Positions 49,070 through 62,705 are shown, counted from the first letter of the stretch. The stretch: DNA of 64,000 bases from Callorhinchus milii (GCF_018977255.1 NW_024704742.1:54624001-54688000); one strand, 5' to 3'. Translations and numbers: made by a program. Notes: generated by a model not told the origin, from the sequence alone.

Positions 49070-49305
49070 TTTGAAACTCCATCCCACAATCCCTTCACCT
49101 CGCTTCCTCCCTTGCCTCCTTCAAGGCCGGTCTCAAGATCCTTCTCTTCGACCGTGCCTTTGGTCACCCTCCCACCTCTCTGCCTTCCCTCACCTCTACA
49201 CCACCCCTCCCCCATGCTCAGGCCCCGATACCTGACTTTTCAGTGCTTTGGGACATCCTTCCGAAGTGAAAGGCGCTCTATAAATGTCAATTTGTTGTTG
49301 TTGTT
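49070..49305 (+). mobile_element. L2 3' fragment
   Basis: CCTCCTTCAAGGCCGGTCTCAAGA and (TTG)n tail. Confidence 0.85.
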
Positions 49306-49489
49306 TGGTTCATTGTTTGTTCTTGCTTTAGAACAGATGAGGAATTTGCATCAGGTTTTTAAGCAAATCTAATTTGTGATAGTTTTCTGCCAAAATACAA
49401 TTTCTACAAATGCACTTTTACTCTACAAGGCTTATTCTCTGCTTCACAACAAAAGTACCATATTTGCTGATGATTATTGCACCCATAAT

Positions 49490-49685
49490 TGACCATAGCC
49501 AAGTTCAAAGAAGAAGTTCTTGAGATGGGCGTCAAAAGAGACAAAGGAGGTGGCGAGGCAAAGGGACTCTGGAATGGAGTTACAGAGGGTGGGGCAGAAA
49601 GGCTGAAGACCCGACCATCAATGGTGAGCTGGACAGGATGGGGAACATGGAACAGGCCAATGTTTGCCAAGCAGAGGTAGGGAGG
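49490..49685 (-). mobile_element. L2 3' fragment
   Basis: Encodes TIDGRVFSLSAP. Plus strand GGCGAGGCAAAGGGACTCTGGAATGGAGTT. Confidence 0.8.
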
Positions 49686-49739
49686 GCATCTTATCACATT
49701 AAAATGCCTCAACAAAGTTCACAGAGTTTTCTATAAAAC

Positions 49740-50105
49740 ATAATAAATATATTTGTAGCCAAACCCAGCAGTCAGTTTGTACACAGCAGTGCCCCACAAA
49801 CAGCCAGCCATGAAATGAACAATCATGTTTTATATGGGGGATGGTTGGACAGGAATAACGGAAGAAATTCACTTCTCTTTTTAAATACTATGGGACCTGT
49901 AACGTACACGTGAGGAGGCAGACAAATCTTGGTTTAACATCTCATCCAAATGACGGCACCTCTGACAACACAGGACACCTCCAGAACTGAATTGGAGACT
50001 CAGCCCTCTGTAGACTGTGAATTCATAGTCTCAACATAGGGCTTGTACCCACAACCTTCTCACTTCTCAGAGGCAAGAATACTTAAAACTAAGCCAGGCT
50101 GACAC
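49740..50105 (-). mobile_element. Deu-domain SINE
   Basis: GGTTTAACATCTCATCCAAATGACGGCACCTCTGACAA, with head AGCCAGGCTGACAC at about 50100. Confidence 0.78.
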
Positions 50106-51479
50106 CTCTTGTTGTCAGATGTATTTTCAACATAATTTAAAATGTAGAACAAGCACATGAGAGATGTTAGAAGCATGACTGTCTTTATTTTAGCAAACTA
50201 CTGAAACCCATGGACTAGAAGATGAAACTCAGCAGCCAGAAACCTTTTTTTTCCCCGAAATTGATTTTAGGCTTTGTTTAATTAAAGTATTAAAGAAACA
50301 AGATATATTATTTCACTCAGTAAACCAGATGACGGTTTTGTTTCAACTATCTGCACCTCAGCTCCGTTCAAGAAAAGACCATTGATAGCTCTGAGCTCCT
50401 AGCGGTGCTATGCGGGTGATCAAATTCATACATCCGTGGGACTTGAGATAAGGTAGACTTTCCAATAACATTCTTATCCATCTACTGGCAGAAATCTTTA
50501 AATATAAAAGAAGTGCAATAATGTGAAGGTTCTTTTTGCTATGGGATTTTGTTAAATGTACTTGTTCATAATTCTAATGTTCTGGTGAAATATGAGAGAA
50601 CAGAAACTTTCCTGTACTCTTTATTGTCAGTTTGTTTAATTCTTCATTATTCCTGTAACAAAAATGTCTGTGTAAGAATTGAGGCTTGCAAAATGTCGTA
50701 GACCTTTTGTTAAATATGTCTCTATATTTACTTAGCACTAAATGTCCCCTTACTTTCTATACTGTTCCTGCCCATTATTTCATAATCTATTTTAGTTTAG
50801 CTTCTTTTGCTTTGGTTTTTATTCTGTTGGTTTGCTAGTTTTTGCTTTAATACTCCCAAAATATTTGAACAGCCGTGGTGTGAGCCATATTCTGTGAAGG
50901 GACGTGGATTGATTTAACAAATGCAAGAATTGTCTTGTCCCTCACATCTATCAGGCAGGTTATTCCCATGATATGGATATTGGCAATGTGTAAAGAGTAA
51001 GAGCTTTCAGTTTCTTACCTCAGAAGCAACAATGCAAAATGTCAGTGGTGAAAGACCATGACCTCCATTCATTATATATCAAAGGAGAAACCATATTATA
51101 CACTACATCCAAAACCACACCCCTAATATGTTGAAGCATGTAAATATGCATGACTCCATCTACTACCCAGTACCAGTCGAGTGTTTTCCTCTATTCTCTG
51201 CAGGCTGCTATTCCCTATAAATGCAATTAATCACTCATGTTGCTTTGGAAGTGTGAACATGATTGCAGGTGGACACAGCTTCGTAAATTTTCCATGTACA
51301 AAGGTGATGACAATTGCTCAACGCCTGACCAGCGAATCACTGGAAATGCAAGAAGCTTTGTGGGTACTATTCAACAAATAAATTCCAGTTTTAACAGATG
51401 ATATGATAAGGCCACCCAGGACCCATGGTCTGATAGAAAGACACAATTGTAATATGCCATCAGTCCCATCCAGTTACAT

Positions 51480-51685
51480 TCCTGGTTCAAGAATGGTGGT
51501 TAGGATGTGGAATGATGATTGAGGCTGAAATCATAATGGCTTTTAAGAAGGAATTACATACATGTCTGAAAAGGTGGACTAGAAAATGATAGGAGACCAT
51601 GACTAGACGAATAACTCAATTCAGAGAGTCAGCACAGTGACCAAATTACCCACTTTCTCACTGTGAATTTCTATGGTTCTATGAA
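51480..51685 (+). mobile_element. CR1 3' fragment
   Basis: GTGGTTAGGATGTGGAATG...TTTCTATGGTTCTATGA tail. Confidence 0.7.
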
Positions 51686-52024
51686 ACTTTGCCAATTCCT
51701 CTTAATACTGGTTTCAATTATTATGTGAAGGAACCAGACCTAGAACAAATAGCTAGCGAGGCTTGAGTTACTCCACTGAAAATGCACCAGCTTGTTGGCC
51801 AGCCACAAATTCCTTGCTTCTTCCTTGACCATTTTATATTAATAAGCAAATCTATTTGGCTTCAGCACTGACAATACTGGAAATGTTTTGCCCACTATCA
51901 GATAAAGAGAAACTTTAATAGTCATGGAGTTATTTTATGGTGATTATGAGTCAAGGTGGTGGAATGTAACCTCAATATTTTAAATGTATGAGCAGATTGA
52001 ATGGACCTTTGCTAATTATGTAGT

Positions 52025-52304
52025 GGAGTCCTATAGCTCAGTGGTTAAAGCGAGGGACCCGGGTTCGATTCCCGGTAGGGTGAAACCTTCGGCAAGTTTC
52101 CTTACTCCACACGCCTGATAATAATCCCTAAAAAAAAGTTGGTCATTTTCAATCCACGACTGTTTATGGAACACTACTATGCTCAATTGGCTGCATTTCA
52201 CCACAAATATAGCCGTTCACTTTACAGTATATTCTGTGAAGCGCTTTGAGACGTCTAGAAGATGTGAAAAGTGCTATATCAAATGCAAGGATTATTATTA
52301 TTAT
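52025..52304 (+). mobile_element. tRNA-derived SINE (short subfamily)
   Basis: GGAGTCCTATAGCTCAGTGG head, B box GGTTCGATTCC, (TTA)n tail. Confidence 0.9.
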
Positions 52305-54089
52305 ACTATGTGTTTGTAGTGAATCATCATCATGAGTTACTGACATATAGATTCAATATTTTTTCACTCAAAATTGAAACATAAACAAAAATAGTCTTAC
52401 AGTGAATAGGGCAGATTGACTGCAGAAGATCACAAATGCAATGGTAAAGGGGGAACCAGGAAACTGGGGGTCCAGGCTCTGCGTGCTTCAGGGTATTACT
52501 TGGTATTGTTCTAAATCAATGTCTCTAAATTTGTCCTGACATGCATCTTGTTTACAATGGCTGAAATGTGTTACTTTTCATCCATGATATTTCAGTTCAT
52601 TTCACATCCAATTCAAGTTTCAAACACAAGATGAAAATGTCATTGAAAAGACATAAGGAAGACAACAGATTGTGTGTTACAAAACTTTTCATTGATATAA
52701 TATTCTCCTTTTTGCACAATGGGCTGTTACAAAAATCTACTTTGGTTTATTGGCCAGGTGGAGCCCCATCACTATATTAAGAACTATCCAAACTGGAATG
52801 AGAGTTTAACATATGTACAGAAATCCTCAATGGTCCATTGTGCCAAAAGTAAATTGATCTCCATTCTACTCTCTGTCTTAATGACCACGAGAAATGTCTC
52901 TTATTAGAAGCCATTGGATGTTTGCCTAACTTTTCCACTTCTACTTACAATCACCACCGAATGCACTTCCAGGCAAAACACTGTCGGAAAATTGCCAAAC
53001 ATGTTCTAATCTATTAGTAACTGTCCGTGATAGAAATTAGGCTACACATAGCTTTCCTGCCAACAATACCCATTAGTGGCTGCCAAGAGGAAAATCTAGG
53101 CTTAATGCTCTGCGGCTAAACTTGGCTTTTATATCTTGGTATCTACTTACATGTAATGTGATGAGACAAGGAAGTGAATTTTATTTGTGCATTTTAAATA
53201 AAGTTCCAGCTTTGTTTGTTGTCAGAAAAGGCTTGTGAGTTTAATTCACTCTGCACTAAAATAAGCCAATTTCAGAACATGTACAAACAGAAATATATCG
53301 CAACAGAATCAGATTAGTGTTCTGTTTAAAGCTACTCAAAGCATAGTCAGAGGAGGATTTTAATCTTTAATTATAAGCATTTTTATCTAGCGCTGGACAT
53401 ACAGCCTGTGCAACCCAACACCACTGAACGAAATTACAGGTTTCCAGGTCACACGATTAAAAGGGCAGAATTGCGCCACAACATTTTTTTCTTTTTAATA
53501 ATCTCTTCATGCAAAATTATAGAGTCAATAATAATGTACTAAATGAAAGTCAAGCATTAATTTTACAAACATCAGAAATTATCTACTGATTACACTGTTA
53601 ATTCCTATTTTTACATATCATCTCTCCTGACAGCAGTGATCGCCTTTCATATCATTCTATTTGTGAAATAGAACAAAACACACAGAATAAGCCACTGTTG
53701 CAGTTTTATCTCTGTTAACCTCTGTCATTTTATTCGTTCTCCACAACATACAGAGCTTAATTACTTTCAGAATGCAAAAAGGTTCACTACTAAGATTGCA
53801 TGCAATTTTTCATGAATCTGCTCACCATTCTTATTTATTTACTGTCCCATTTTCTACATATTATGCTTGTCCCACCAGTCCACTTATCCTCTAGTATCTA
53901 TCTATTTCATTGGTCAACATTGTGGAAAAATCAACGGATGTATGTTGGGGTCCTCCTGTCCATACTAACATGGTGGAGAGTACAACATGTTACATAATAA
54001 GATTGGCTGATGATACCAAGCTTGGCTGATTGGCAGAACCTAGAGGGGCAGACCAACCACTGGGAGAAAGGATTCCTCACACTCAGCTC

Positions 54090-54418
54090 CTGTTAACTCA
54101 GCAAGCCAAAGCTTTAACATGTCGGGTGGTCCTAGCTTGACAAGGAGTTGCAAACTATGTGGTTTGGTTAGTTAATATCCAGCATTAATCCAATGCTCAC
54201 TATAGAGTCCCCAAGCTTTGGTTCTTGCCAACCTGCACCTAATACCGCCGTAAACAAGGTACATCCCTCTAGGGAGAGAGATTGCATTCCATTTCAGACA
54301 CAGGAAATTTTCCAAGTGTAAATGGCCTCTATATGTAGAACTTTTACTAGTCTAGTTTGGGTACTCTTTAAGTATTATGATGGGTTTCTGCATGTATCAG
54401 ACCCGGTTGATCAAATAA
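54090..54418 (+). mobile_element. Unclassified A-tailed repeat, copy 7 (long)
   Basis: TTTGGGTACTCTTTAAGTATTATGATGGGTTTCTGCATGTATCAGACCCGGTTGATCAAA. Confidence 0.68.
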
Positions 54419-55687
54419 AGGCTCAATTTAGATGCTGTACATATAGGCTCTGTAGATACTTCTCCCCAATAGCTTTCCATTATCTTGTTGATCTATATCT
54501 TTTTGAAAGATTTACTGCTATGTTTGCCTGTATAACACCATTCACTTTAATTTTTAATCAATTTAACGTTTAAACCTCTTCAAGATATTTACATGAAGGG
54601 ATGTGTAAATACAAGTTATTAGAGTATTATCCATTTTAATATGATATGTATAGTTTGTCAATTTTAATTGTATTATATGAAAATAATTTCTATAACACTG
54701 AAACAAAACATAATTTTTTTTATAAAAAGAATATAAAAACAGGGAAAACGTCATAACCGTGACTGCAATCAATCGAGTACCAATCATTAAGACTGACAAA
54801 TGTTTCATAATGTATTTATGGTTCAAACAGGGGAATCAATCAGAAATCACATATATCTACCAATGGATACCTAGAAGGTTACTGTGCCAGATACAAATTC
54901 TAAACTTATTTTCTAAAAGTATTTTTTTATGTAGGACTTTGTTTGATCACATTTGAAACTTTAGAATTGATCCTTACTTGTTCACTTTGTTGGACTATTT
55001 TATGGGCCCTCTTTCAGAATTTAATATGTATTTATTAGTTCACACGTCTTTCAGAATATATTCAAGGCTGGGTGGTCAGATGCAATCAAATTTATTCAAA
55101 TGTCTGTGTTGGGGAGAAAATACACGTGATGTGATTTTAGTGTTAAATATTTAATCTATTATTATGTATCTTCTGCTGCTGCTCTGTAGGTATTAGAATG
55201 CAGTTATAAAAATAAAGGAATGATTGATTGTACCCATATTTGACAAATATATTATGCACTGTACCTTGTCAAAGCAATAAATCTGTATGTATTCAACCTC
55301 CAGCAGTTGAAATATGATATTTAGTACACCTACCACCCTCCAAGCTAAAAACAATGACCATGTTATACTTTTAACAAGCATTATTTACATTAAGGTCCAC
55401 TTGATATCAGATAACTCATGCACATCACCAAATCCCGTGAAGAGATAAGATGATACAAATAGCCAAAACCTTGTTATACTTACAGGACTCTGTTATAAAA
55501 CAGAGATAGAAAATGAAAGCTGCCACACCTTTATTGAACCACTGCCAGATTTGTTTGTAAAACATATAGCAACTCCTGAAGTCTAAATTCAACACTGTTT
55601 AATTAATTTTTCAGGCTAGAATTATTCATTTTCCAAAGTCAATTGAAAATAATATGCAGATAATATGTTTTGCATTCATTTTTTATG

Positions 55688-55938
55688 TGTCAGTCTGGCT
55701 CAGGTAGCAGCACTCTCACCTCTGAGTCAGAAGGTTGTAGGTTCAAGCCCCACATTGAGACTTGGAACTCATATAGTCTAAGTTGACACTATAGTGCAAT
55801 ACTGGGAAGTTGCTGTGTTGTTGGAGGTGCTGTCCATCGAATGGGTCATTAAAATGGGTTTGCCCATTCAAGTGGTTGTTAAAGATCTGATGGCAATATT
55901 TTGAAAATAGGAAGGAGTTTCTCCCATTGTCCTGGTCA
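55688..55938 (+). mobile_element. Deu-domain SINE lacking 3' tail
   Basis: GTGTCAGTCTGGCTCAGGTAGCAGCACTCTCACCTCTGAGTCAGAAGG head, with Deu core running to TGTCCTGGTCAAC. Confidence 0.8.
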
Positions 55939-55939
55939 A

Positions 55940-56186
55940 CAGCACAGAGAAGTGTCCCACAAACAGTCATGGATTGAGTGACCAAATTATAATTTTTTTG
56001 AAGGAATTATTACCCCCAGAAAGGCAATCCGCCAATCAACTAACAACCGGATTCCTACTTACTGCTAGGTAAACAGAGGCGTGTGGACTAAGGAAACTTG
56101 CCCAACATTTCACCCTGCCGGGAATCGAACCCTGCATCTCTCTTGCTTGTGAGGTGAGTTCTCTAAACAACAAGCTACAGGACTCC
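55940..56186 (-). mobile_element. tRNA-derived SINE, long subfamily, lacking 3' tail
   Basis: Homologous to 35530-35771, including the extra internal block. Confidence 0.85.
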
Positions 56187-58254
56187 AATATCCTGTGAAT
56201 CCCTTTGCAATGTCCTCTTAATGTGAAAAGCCCCATACCAAAGGCAAGGATATTATTACCAGTAGTACTAATAAGTATTATTATTTCGAAAATCATTCCC
56301 AGTGATGATTCTTGGCTTGGAGAAAAGTTTGGGTTGTTGGTGGAGGTAGTAGAGTATAATTCAGGTCAGTAATTCACTAGCTACAGTGGAGCCTTTTTGT
56401 AAGGGGTAGTTTTGTTATAATGAGGTTGTGATTTGTTTTTATTTTGGTGAGTGAGATTAGGCCCCACTCCCTCCCTTTAAAGTGAAGTAGGCCAAAACAC
56501 AATCCTCAAGGGGACGAGGATTGGCTCTGCAGACAACCATTTTCTCCACCCAAACTCTCAAGCCCCCAAGTCATCAAAGGATAATGCGGACCTCTGACAC
56601 CTGTCTTCACAACCACCCAAGTAAGTCAGGTGGCCAGATCGCCTCTCCAGCCTGACCAAGTGCTCAAGCTAGCTCCATATTCCAGTATCTCTGCTTCCCA
56701 GGGTAGATCAAACTCCTCAGATTGGAAGTACTGCAATACCGATCCCAATCAACAGAGGGCCGCAGCCATCGCTCCTGCCAGGTGCTCATCCAAATGAATC
56801 GTGGGGAGATTCCGTCATGGAACTGTAAACATAAGCCAATCTCAACAAGAGATCTTTCTGACAGTCATATATCACAAACAGTAACTGATAAGTATAAAAA
56901 CTACACTTGATCTTAGCCAAAAATCTGAGAAAGAGGTTGTGATAGTTAGTTTCTTGCCTCATGCACGCTGTTAGATAGATAGTTGATGATTGGCTTGCAT
57001 CATGCATGCTAGCCAGATCCCACACTAAGAAAAATGTGTCATCAGGTCACCAACATCACTTCCTGTGTATTGATATGGCGCGATATGAAATGCAAGGATT
57101 ATTATTATTGTGCATGCACAACACTTAGGTAATGATAGTGACTGCTGAATGACTAGAAGTCGGGCATGTTTAACCCAACGGAAAGGGAAGCCAGGCCAGT
57201 AAAGTGTGCTGGTTGCCTTGCACACATCCATTGAACAGGGTCCACGCACCATAAGCATTATAAATGAACCAACACTATTACAAAGCACCTCTGCAAGGTG
57301 GAGTGCAAGTTGATGCTGTCGGCACCTGAGGTGAGAAGGTGCTGAAAGGGACCAAGCAGGCGATACTCAGTCTGCCTATATTTAACAGTACAACACTCCT
57401 TCAATGCTGTAGTGGAGTGTCCAATCTAGACTATGAGCTCTGGCACAGGACTTGAGCCCACAACCTTCTGATATTAGCTTTTAAGAGGGAATTAGATAAA
57501 GGGTATAGCAGAAGAAATAGAAATGGGAATAAATGAATAGCTCTTTCAGACAGCCAGCACATCCACGATGGGCTGAATTATCTCCTCCTGTGCTGTAAAT
57601 TTGTATGGACTTAGTTGTAGTGTCTAAAAAGCAACTCTAAAACTCATCCTGATTAGCCGTGTTGCAAAAGGGTCAAATTGTTGAAAATCCACGATAGGTG
57701 TTTAAGCCATCACTCATGTTTGTTTAGGGTTTGCTATTGTGGCAGATCAGGTTTTATTTACAATTCTTTGTGTTTCAGTGATGCACAAACTAGCCAGTCA
57801 CTCACACAATTCAAATCTGGCCTAAATAGTGAATGCAAATGTGAACATTTTTGAGATGGTTGTTGGAGGTGTATTTGTCATGTTGGAGAGCTCTAGTATT
57901 TAGTACTGGAAGCAACCCTGGATACTAGCAATTGTAAGAATGTAAGATTATTTTGAAAAATATTTAAATTCATTTTTAATTTGGAAGCCAGTTTTCAAAC
58001 AAATGCTGAATTTTTTTTTTCCCCAAACTTGCATCATCTTAACTTTCAAGACAATGGGCTTCAGCCTAAAACTGAAAATTTGGGGCCTCAGAATGTTATC
58101 ACTGTAAAATAGGACAAGTTTCGACCAGAACAGATCCTTCAATTTGAACCAGGCAGCATTTTGTTTTAGCATTATCCAAATGTGAACCAAAAGCAGACTG
58201 TAACTGAAACAAAATCAGCCCCTTAATAAATATTTAATCCATGCTTTAGTAACT

Positions 58255-58697
58255 TGACAGCCTGGCTCAGTTGGTAGAACTTTTGCCATTGATTCAGAAG
58301 CTTGTGATTTAAGACCACTTCAGGTCTTTGAATTCACATAATCTAGGCTGACATTCCATTGCATTGCTGGGGGGAGTGGGTACTGCCTTGTTGTAGGTGT
58401 TGATCTTTAGATGAGGCATTAAATCGAGGCTCCATTTGCCTATTCGGGTGATCATTAAAGATCCCACGGCATTACTTGCAAAGAGAAGGGAGTTTCTCCC
58501 AGTGTCCTGTCCAACAACCCCCCAGATATATTTTGTGCTTCATTTCAGGGCTTTTTATGGAACATTATGGCATACAAGATGCCTGCTCCATTTACCTACA
58601 AAATATACAGTCACTTCACTTTACTGTAAATCCTGTGAAGTGCTTTGAATATCTTCCCAAAAGTGAAAGGCACCATATCAAATGCAAAGATTATTTT
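58255..58697 (+). mobile_element. Full-length Deu-domain SINE
   Basis: tRNA-like head, TAAAGATCCCACGGCA...GGGAGTTTCTCCCAGTGTCCTG core, tail CAAATGCAAAGATTATT. Confidence 0.8.
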
Positions 58698-59919
58698 CGT
58701 ATTTTGATATTCGGTTTGCATTATATAGAGCATGTGGAATAGCAATAGATGCAATGATTAATATCTTCACCCCCAAACTCAACAATGGACAAGGACTGAT
58801 GGAAGAAAAGGAGAGTGAAAGGCTCCCCTGTGTAATCTAGCACTTATATGTTGTAGACTCTCAATTCAAACAACCAGACCACAAGAAATAAGATCCCTCT
58901 CAACAAGTCACACTATTGTAACCAGTTCTCATGTGCCTAAGAAAAGATTTGATCTAAGAACAACAGTGGTCGATAAAAAAGTCAAAGGACTTTGGGATCT
59001 GGTTTCATTACGTGTCTTAATTTTGTGGCCTTAGTGGGAGCATCTCCATGAAGAAATATTTTGAGGTTACAAAAACAACGTTAAACATATGAGTGAAACA
59101 TTCATTATGAACCTGAAAACTAGGGGGTGATTTTCTGCGTTTGAAATATGAAATGCATGCATTGCAAAAGTGATAAATAGAAGGCACTGATGTGAATGAG
59201 TGTCTATGTTGCTTTGATAAAAGAGTGTAAGGTATTAATTGATCCACTAGAATCTTTATATCAGACTCTCAGACCCAGCAAGTAATTACACTTATCATAT
59301 GGCCAGTAATGCCACATGATCTTTCTTGCAAAAGGTAAATCAATTCTTTAAGATGTATCTCTCTGAAACTCCTCAATTCCATTTTTGTTTTAAATGCATA
59401 AAACTGATTAGTGTTTGTTAAATCAATAAGACTGTTTTCATATTCGAGCTCCTTCAGAGAGAAAGTAAACTCTAATTGCAAAAATGAGAAGAAATGCCAC
59501 CTGCGTCTAGATTTACTCTATGTATTTAGCATTTTAGAACATTCAACACTTTGTGTATTCATATAACAAATTGTACAGCATATTGTAAGTCCTTTTTTGG
59601 ACTTTTTTCAAATCTTTAGGAAGAGAGAACCAGATGAGTAGTAATTAATAATATGCATGAAATGATCAAATTCATCCTTTGTCAAAAGGTATAAATCACG
59701 AGACAAGCCTCAGTACACTGTGGTGTTTTGACTCCATAAAATGAGACACCACATCCTAATGGGTCTGTAAAACAATAAACTCTGGTCTCACTTCCGGGTC
59801 ATCAGGTTGCTGCTCACACCACTTCCAGGATCCTGGGGAATCCAGCCGAATAGCCACGACAGTCTTGCAAGTCTGTGGCTGTTTGTGGGACACAGCTGTG
59901 TGCAAATTGAATAAAACAT

Positions 59920-60235
59920 ATCAGCCTGGCTCAGTTGGTAGCACTCTCGCTTCTGAGTCAGAAGGTTGTGAGTTCCAACCCCATGTCAGACTTGGAACTC
60001 ATACAGTCTAAGAGGACTCTCCAATGCAATGCTGGGGGTATCCAGGGCCAATAATTCCCCCAACTAAAATGGTCACTAATTCCATAGCTGTTTGTGGCGC
60101 ATTTCTGTGCAAAAATTCGCCATCCCATTCACCCACAAAAAACATATACAGTCAGTCCATTTTACAATATATCCTGTGTTCGGACCTCCTCCTGATGTGA
60201 AAGGTGCTACATCAAATGTAAGGATTATGATTATT
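59920..60235 (+). mobile_element. Deu-type SINE with internal deletion
   Basis: TCAGCCTGGCTCAGTTGGTAGCACTCTCGCTTCTGAGTCAGAAGG head and L2-type tail. Confidence 0.78.
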
Positions 60236-62014
60236 AACATTTATCTTCAAATGAACAGTCTCTGTACTTTACAATAAATCCTGTGAACTGTTTTAAGATG
60301 CTTCAAAGAGGTGTTAAGGTGCTAACTCTTCTCACTCCAAAGCTTTACTTTGGTTGCATAAATACCTGTGACTTATCCAGCAAACACAGCAAAATCACAA
60401 TAGAGACTACTGAGTCATTTGCAGGAGGCATCTTTTATTCGTACAAAAGTTTTATTTAATTTAGTTACTGTGCTCATCTTAGAACTTTAGACAAATATGT
60501 CACAACTCCTACATATTGTACTATTTCTCAAATATCATTTTTTCCCCACACACCTGTTATAGTGGGGGTACATATTTATGAACCTAAAACACCACATTAT
60601 GATGAGGTTGACCTACAGGGAATCTTGGACGGATGTTGGTGTAAAAATAATAATCATAAAAATAAATCTTGCATTTGATATAGCACCTTTCATGTCAAAA
60701 GGACTTTCAAGATGCTTCTTCACAGGATTCACCATAAAGTGTAGTGACTGTGTATTTTGTAGGTGAACACTTAATTCATGGCACTAGTTCAAACCGGTCA
60801 ATACCACATGTTGCAGTAAAGTGCTACGAAGCTGCTCATTGTGTTCTTCTTCAAAAGTACAAAATCTCAAAGTAAATGCATCAGATTTCTGTGAAGTAAT
60901 TACACCTTAATCTGTCCACAGAGTTCCTGTGATCTAAATATAGATCTAACTAAACACCAATGGGAATTTCCAACTGAAACTCTTTGATGTGAGTGAATGT
61001 TACTATATATATATAACCAAATCTTACTGAAGTACTTTTTAGTTTGAAAGTGTCACATGTGAATGAACAGCTTTAGAATGAACAAGGAATACAAGGTTAT
61101 ATGATCTTTCTAGAGATGCTTCTAGCAACATATGATAAAAATGTGATGAGATTTCATTTTTTTGTCAACCTCGCATTGCCAATTGCTTCGATCAATTCCT
61201 AATGCCATTCGATCGTCTTTTCTCTTTACTTGGTCCTTAGTGTTACTGTTCCATACAATGGCCATTATTCATGTGTCAACCTCGACAGAGAGTGATGGCA
61301 GGTTATTCAAACACAAGGGTCATCCTGATGAACACCAATCCCTTATCAGGTCGTTGAGACGTCTCAAAGAGTGACACAGTGTACTGTACAAGTGAATTCT
61401 TAATACAATCAAGTTGACAAAGTGATCGAACAGAATATTTGTGTAATAAGCCAGAGAAAAAAGATCTGCAATAAAAATTGCATTTCCTGCATCAAGCTGA
61501 CTTACAAGATCTCAGGTTGGAGCTGAAGTCTCAGAAATTGACATAATTTACAGAGATTCCCTGCAGAAAACACAGTTTACATTACAGACCATTCTCCCAG
61601 CAGGTTACACATGGTTCAAGCAGTTTTTCAACCTTGCTAAATAAAATATCACATCATTTTTAGTAGAATGCTTGCATCATGTGATTTATTTTTAATCACA
61701 AGACAGTGATCAATGACTCTCACCAATAAGGTTACATTATTAATAAAGATATGCATAACCAAACCAGTACATGCTAATAACTGCATCTTGTTAGGAAATC
61801 AGAAATTACCATAATTTGCACACAATATAAAATCATAAAATAAATATACATCTTTTAGGGAGGTTATAACAACATCATAAGATAAGTAATATTTACAAAT
61901 AGGTAAGCTATGTTGACCTGTTTCATAAAGTCATAAAAGTCAAGATTTTGTCATACTTTACAAATCAAAGTGTAAATATCATTAAACAGTATGAAAGGAT
62001 AAACTTGTGCTTTC

Positions 62015-62260
62015 TCCCCCAGTGAGATTGAGCTCAAGATCCTCATCTTAATCTTTAGATCCTCCACAGTCTTACCCCCACCCTACCTCTGCAACCTCCT
62101 CAAGCTCTACAACCCTAGCCACTCCTTCCACCTCAGTGGGCACTAGCTTGCTTTACGTACCCCGCCCTACCCTCTCCACCTTCAGCAATCAGGCATTCAG
62201 CGAATCTACCCCCACCCTCTGGAACTCCATCTCAAATTGCCTACAACTCACTCCTTCCAA
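62015..62260 (+). mobile_element. L2 fragment
   Basis: GATTGAGCTCAAGATCCTC...CCCTCTGGAACTCCATC. Confidence 0.75.
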
Positions 62261-62479
62261 TGAAGAGAGCATAGCAAAATAACCTTGAGGCGACAGATAC
62301 AAGATAAAAGGATTATTAGAGATGGTGGTAAAATAAGTCCAAAAGTGAGCAAATGTTCTGGAAATGGAAGACTTCAGCAGTCCTGGCAATGGATTGAAAG
62401 AGGGTTTCGAAACGCAGCTCAGAGTCAAACAGAGCAATGAGTTTATGCACTCTGAAATCATGTACCATGATGGGTGAAA

Positions 62480-62705
62480 CTGGGGTGATGGGGTCACGGA
62501 GCCTAGTGCGTGAGAGGACATGAACTGCAGAGTTCTGGATGATCTGCAGCTTGTGGAGGGCAGAGTTGGGGAGGCCCAACAAGGAGGGAGTTTCCGTAGT
62601 CGAGCCTTGAAGTGACGAATGCGTGTATGAAGGTTTCGGCAGCCTGAGGGTTGAGGCAGTAGCGGAGTCGAGCAATGTTACAGAAGTGGGGGAAAGGCAG
62701 AGAGG
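62480..62705 (-). mobile_element. L2 ORF2 fragment
   Basis: Encodes NIARLRYCLNPQAAETFIHAFVTSRLDYGNSLL and LHKLQIIQNSA. Confidence 0.88.

Noticed and set aside
61325..61350. CTGATGA hammerhead-like box
   Set aside because: No stem II followed by GAAA.
61161..61422. TGTCAAC...GTTGACA ends suggesting a solo LTR or Ginger element
   Set aside because: No TSD and only a short inverted match.
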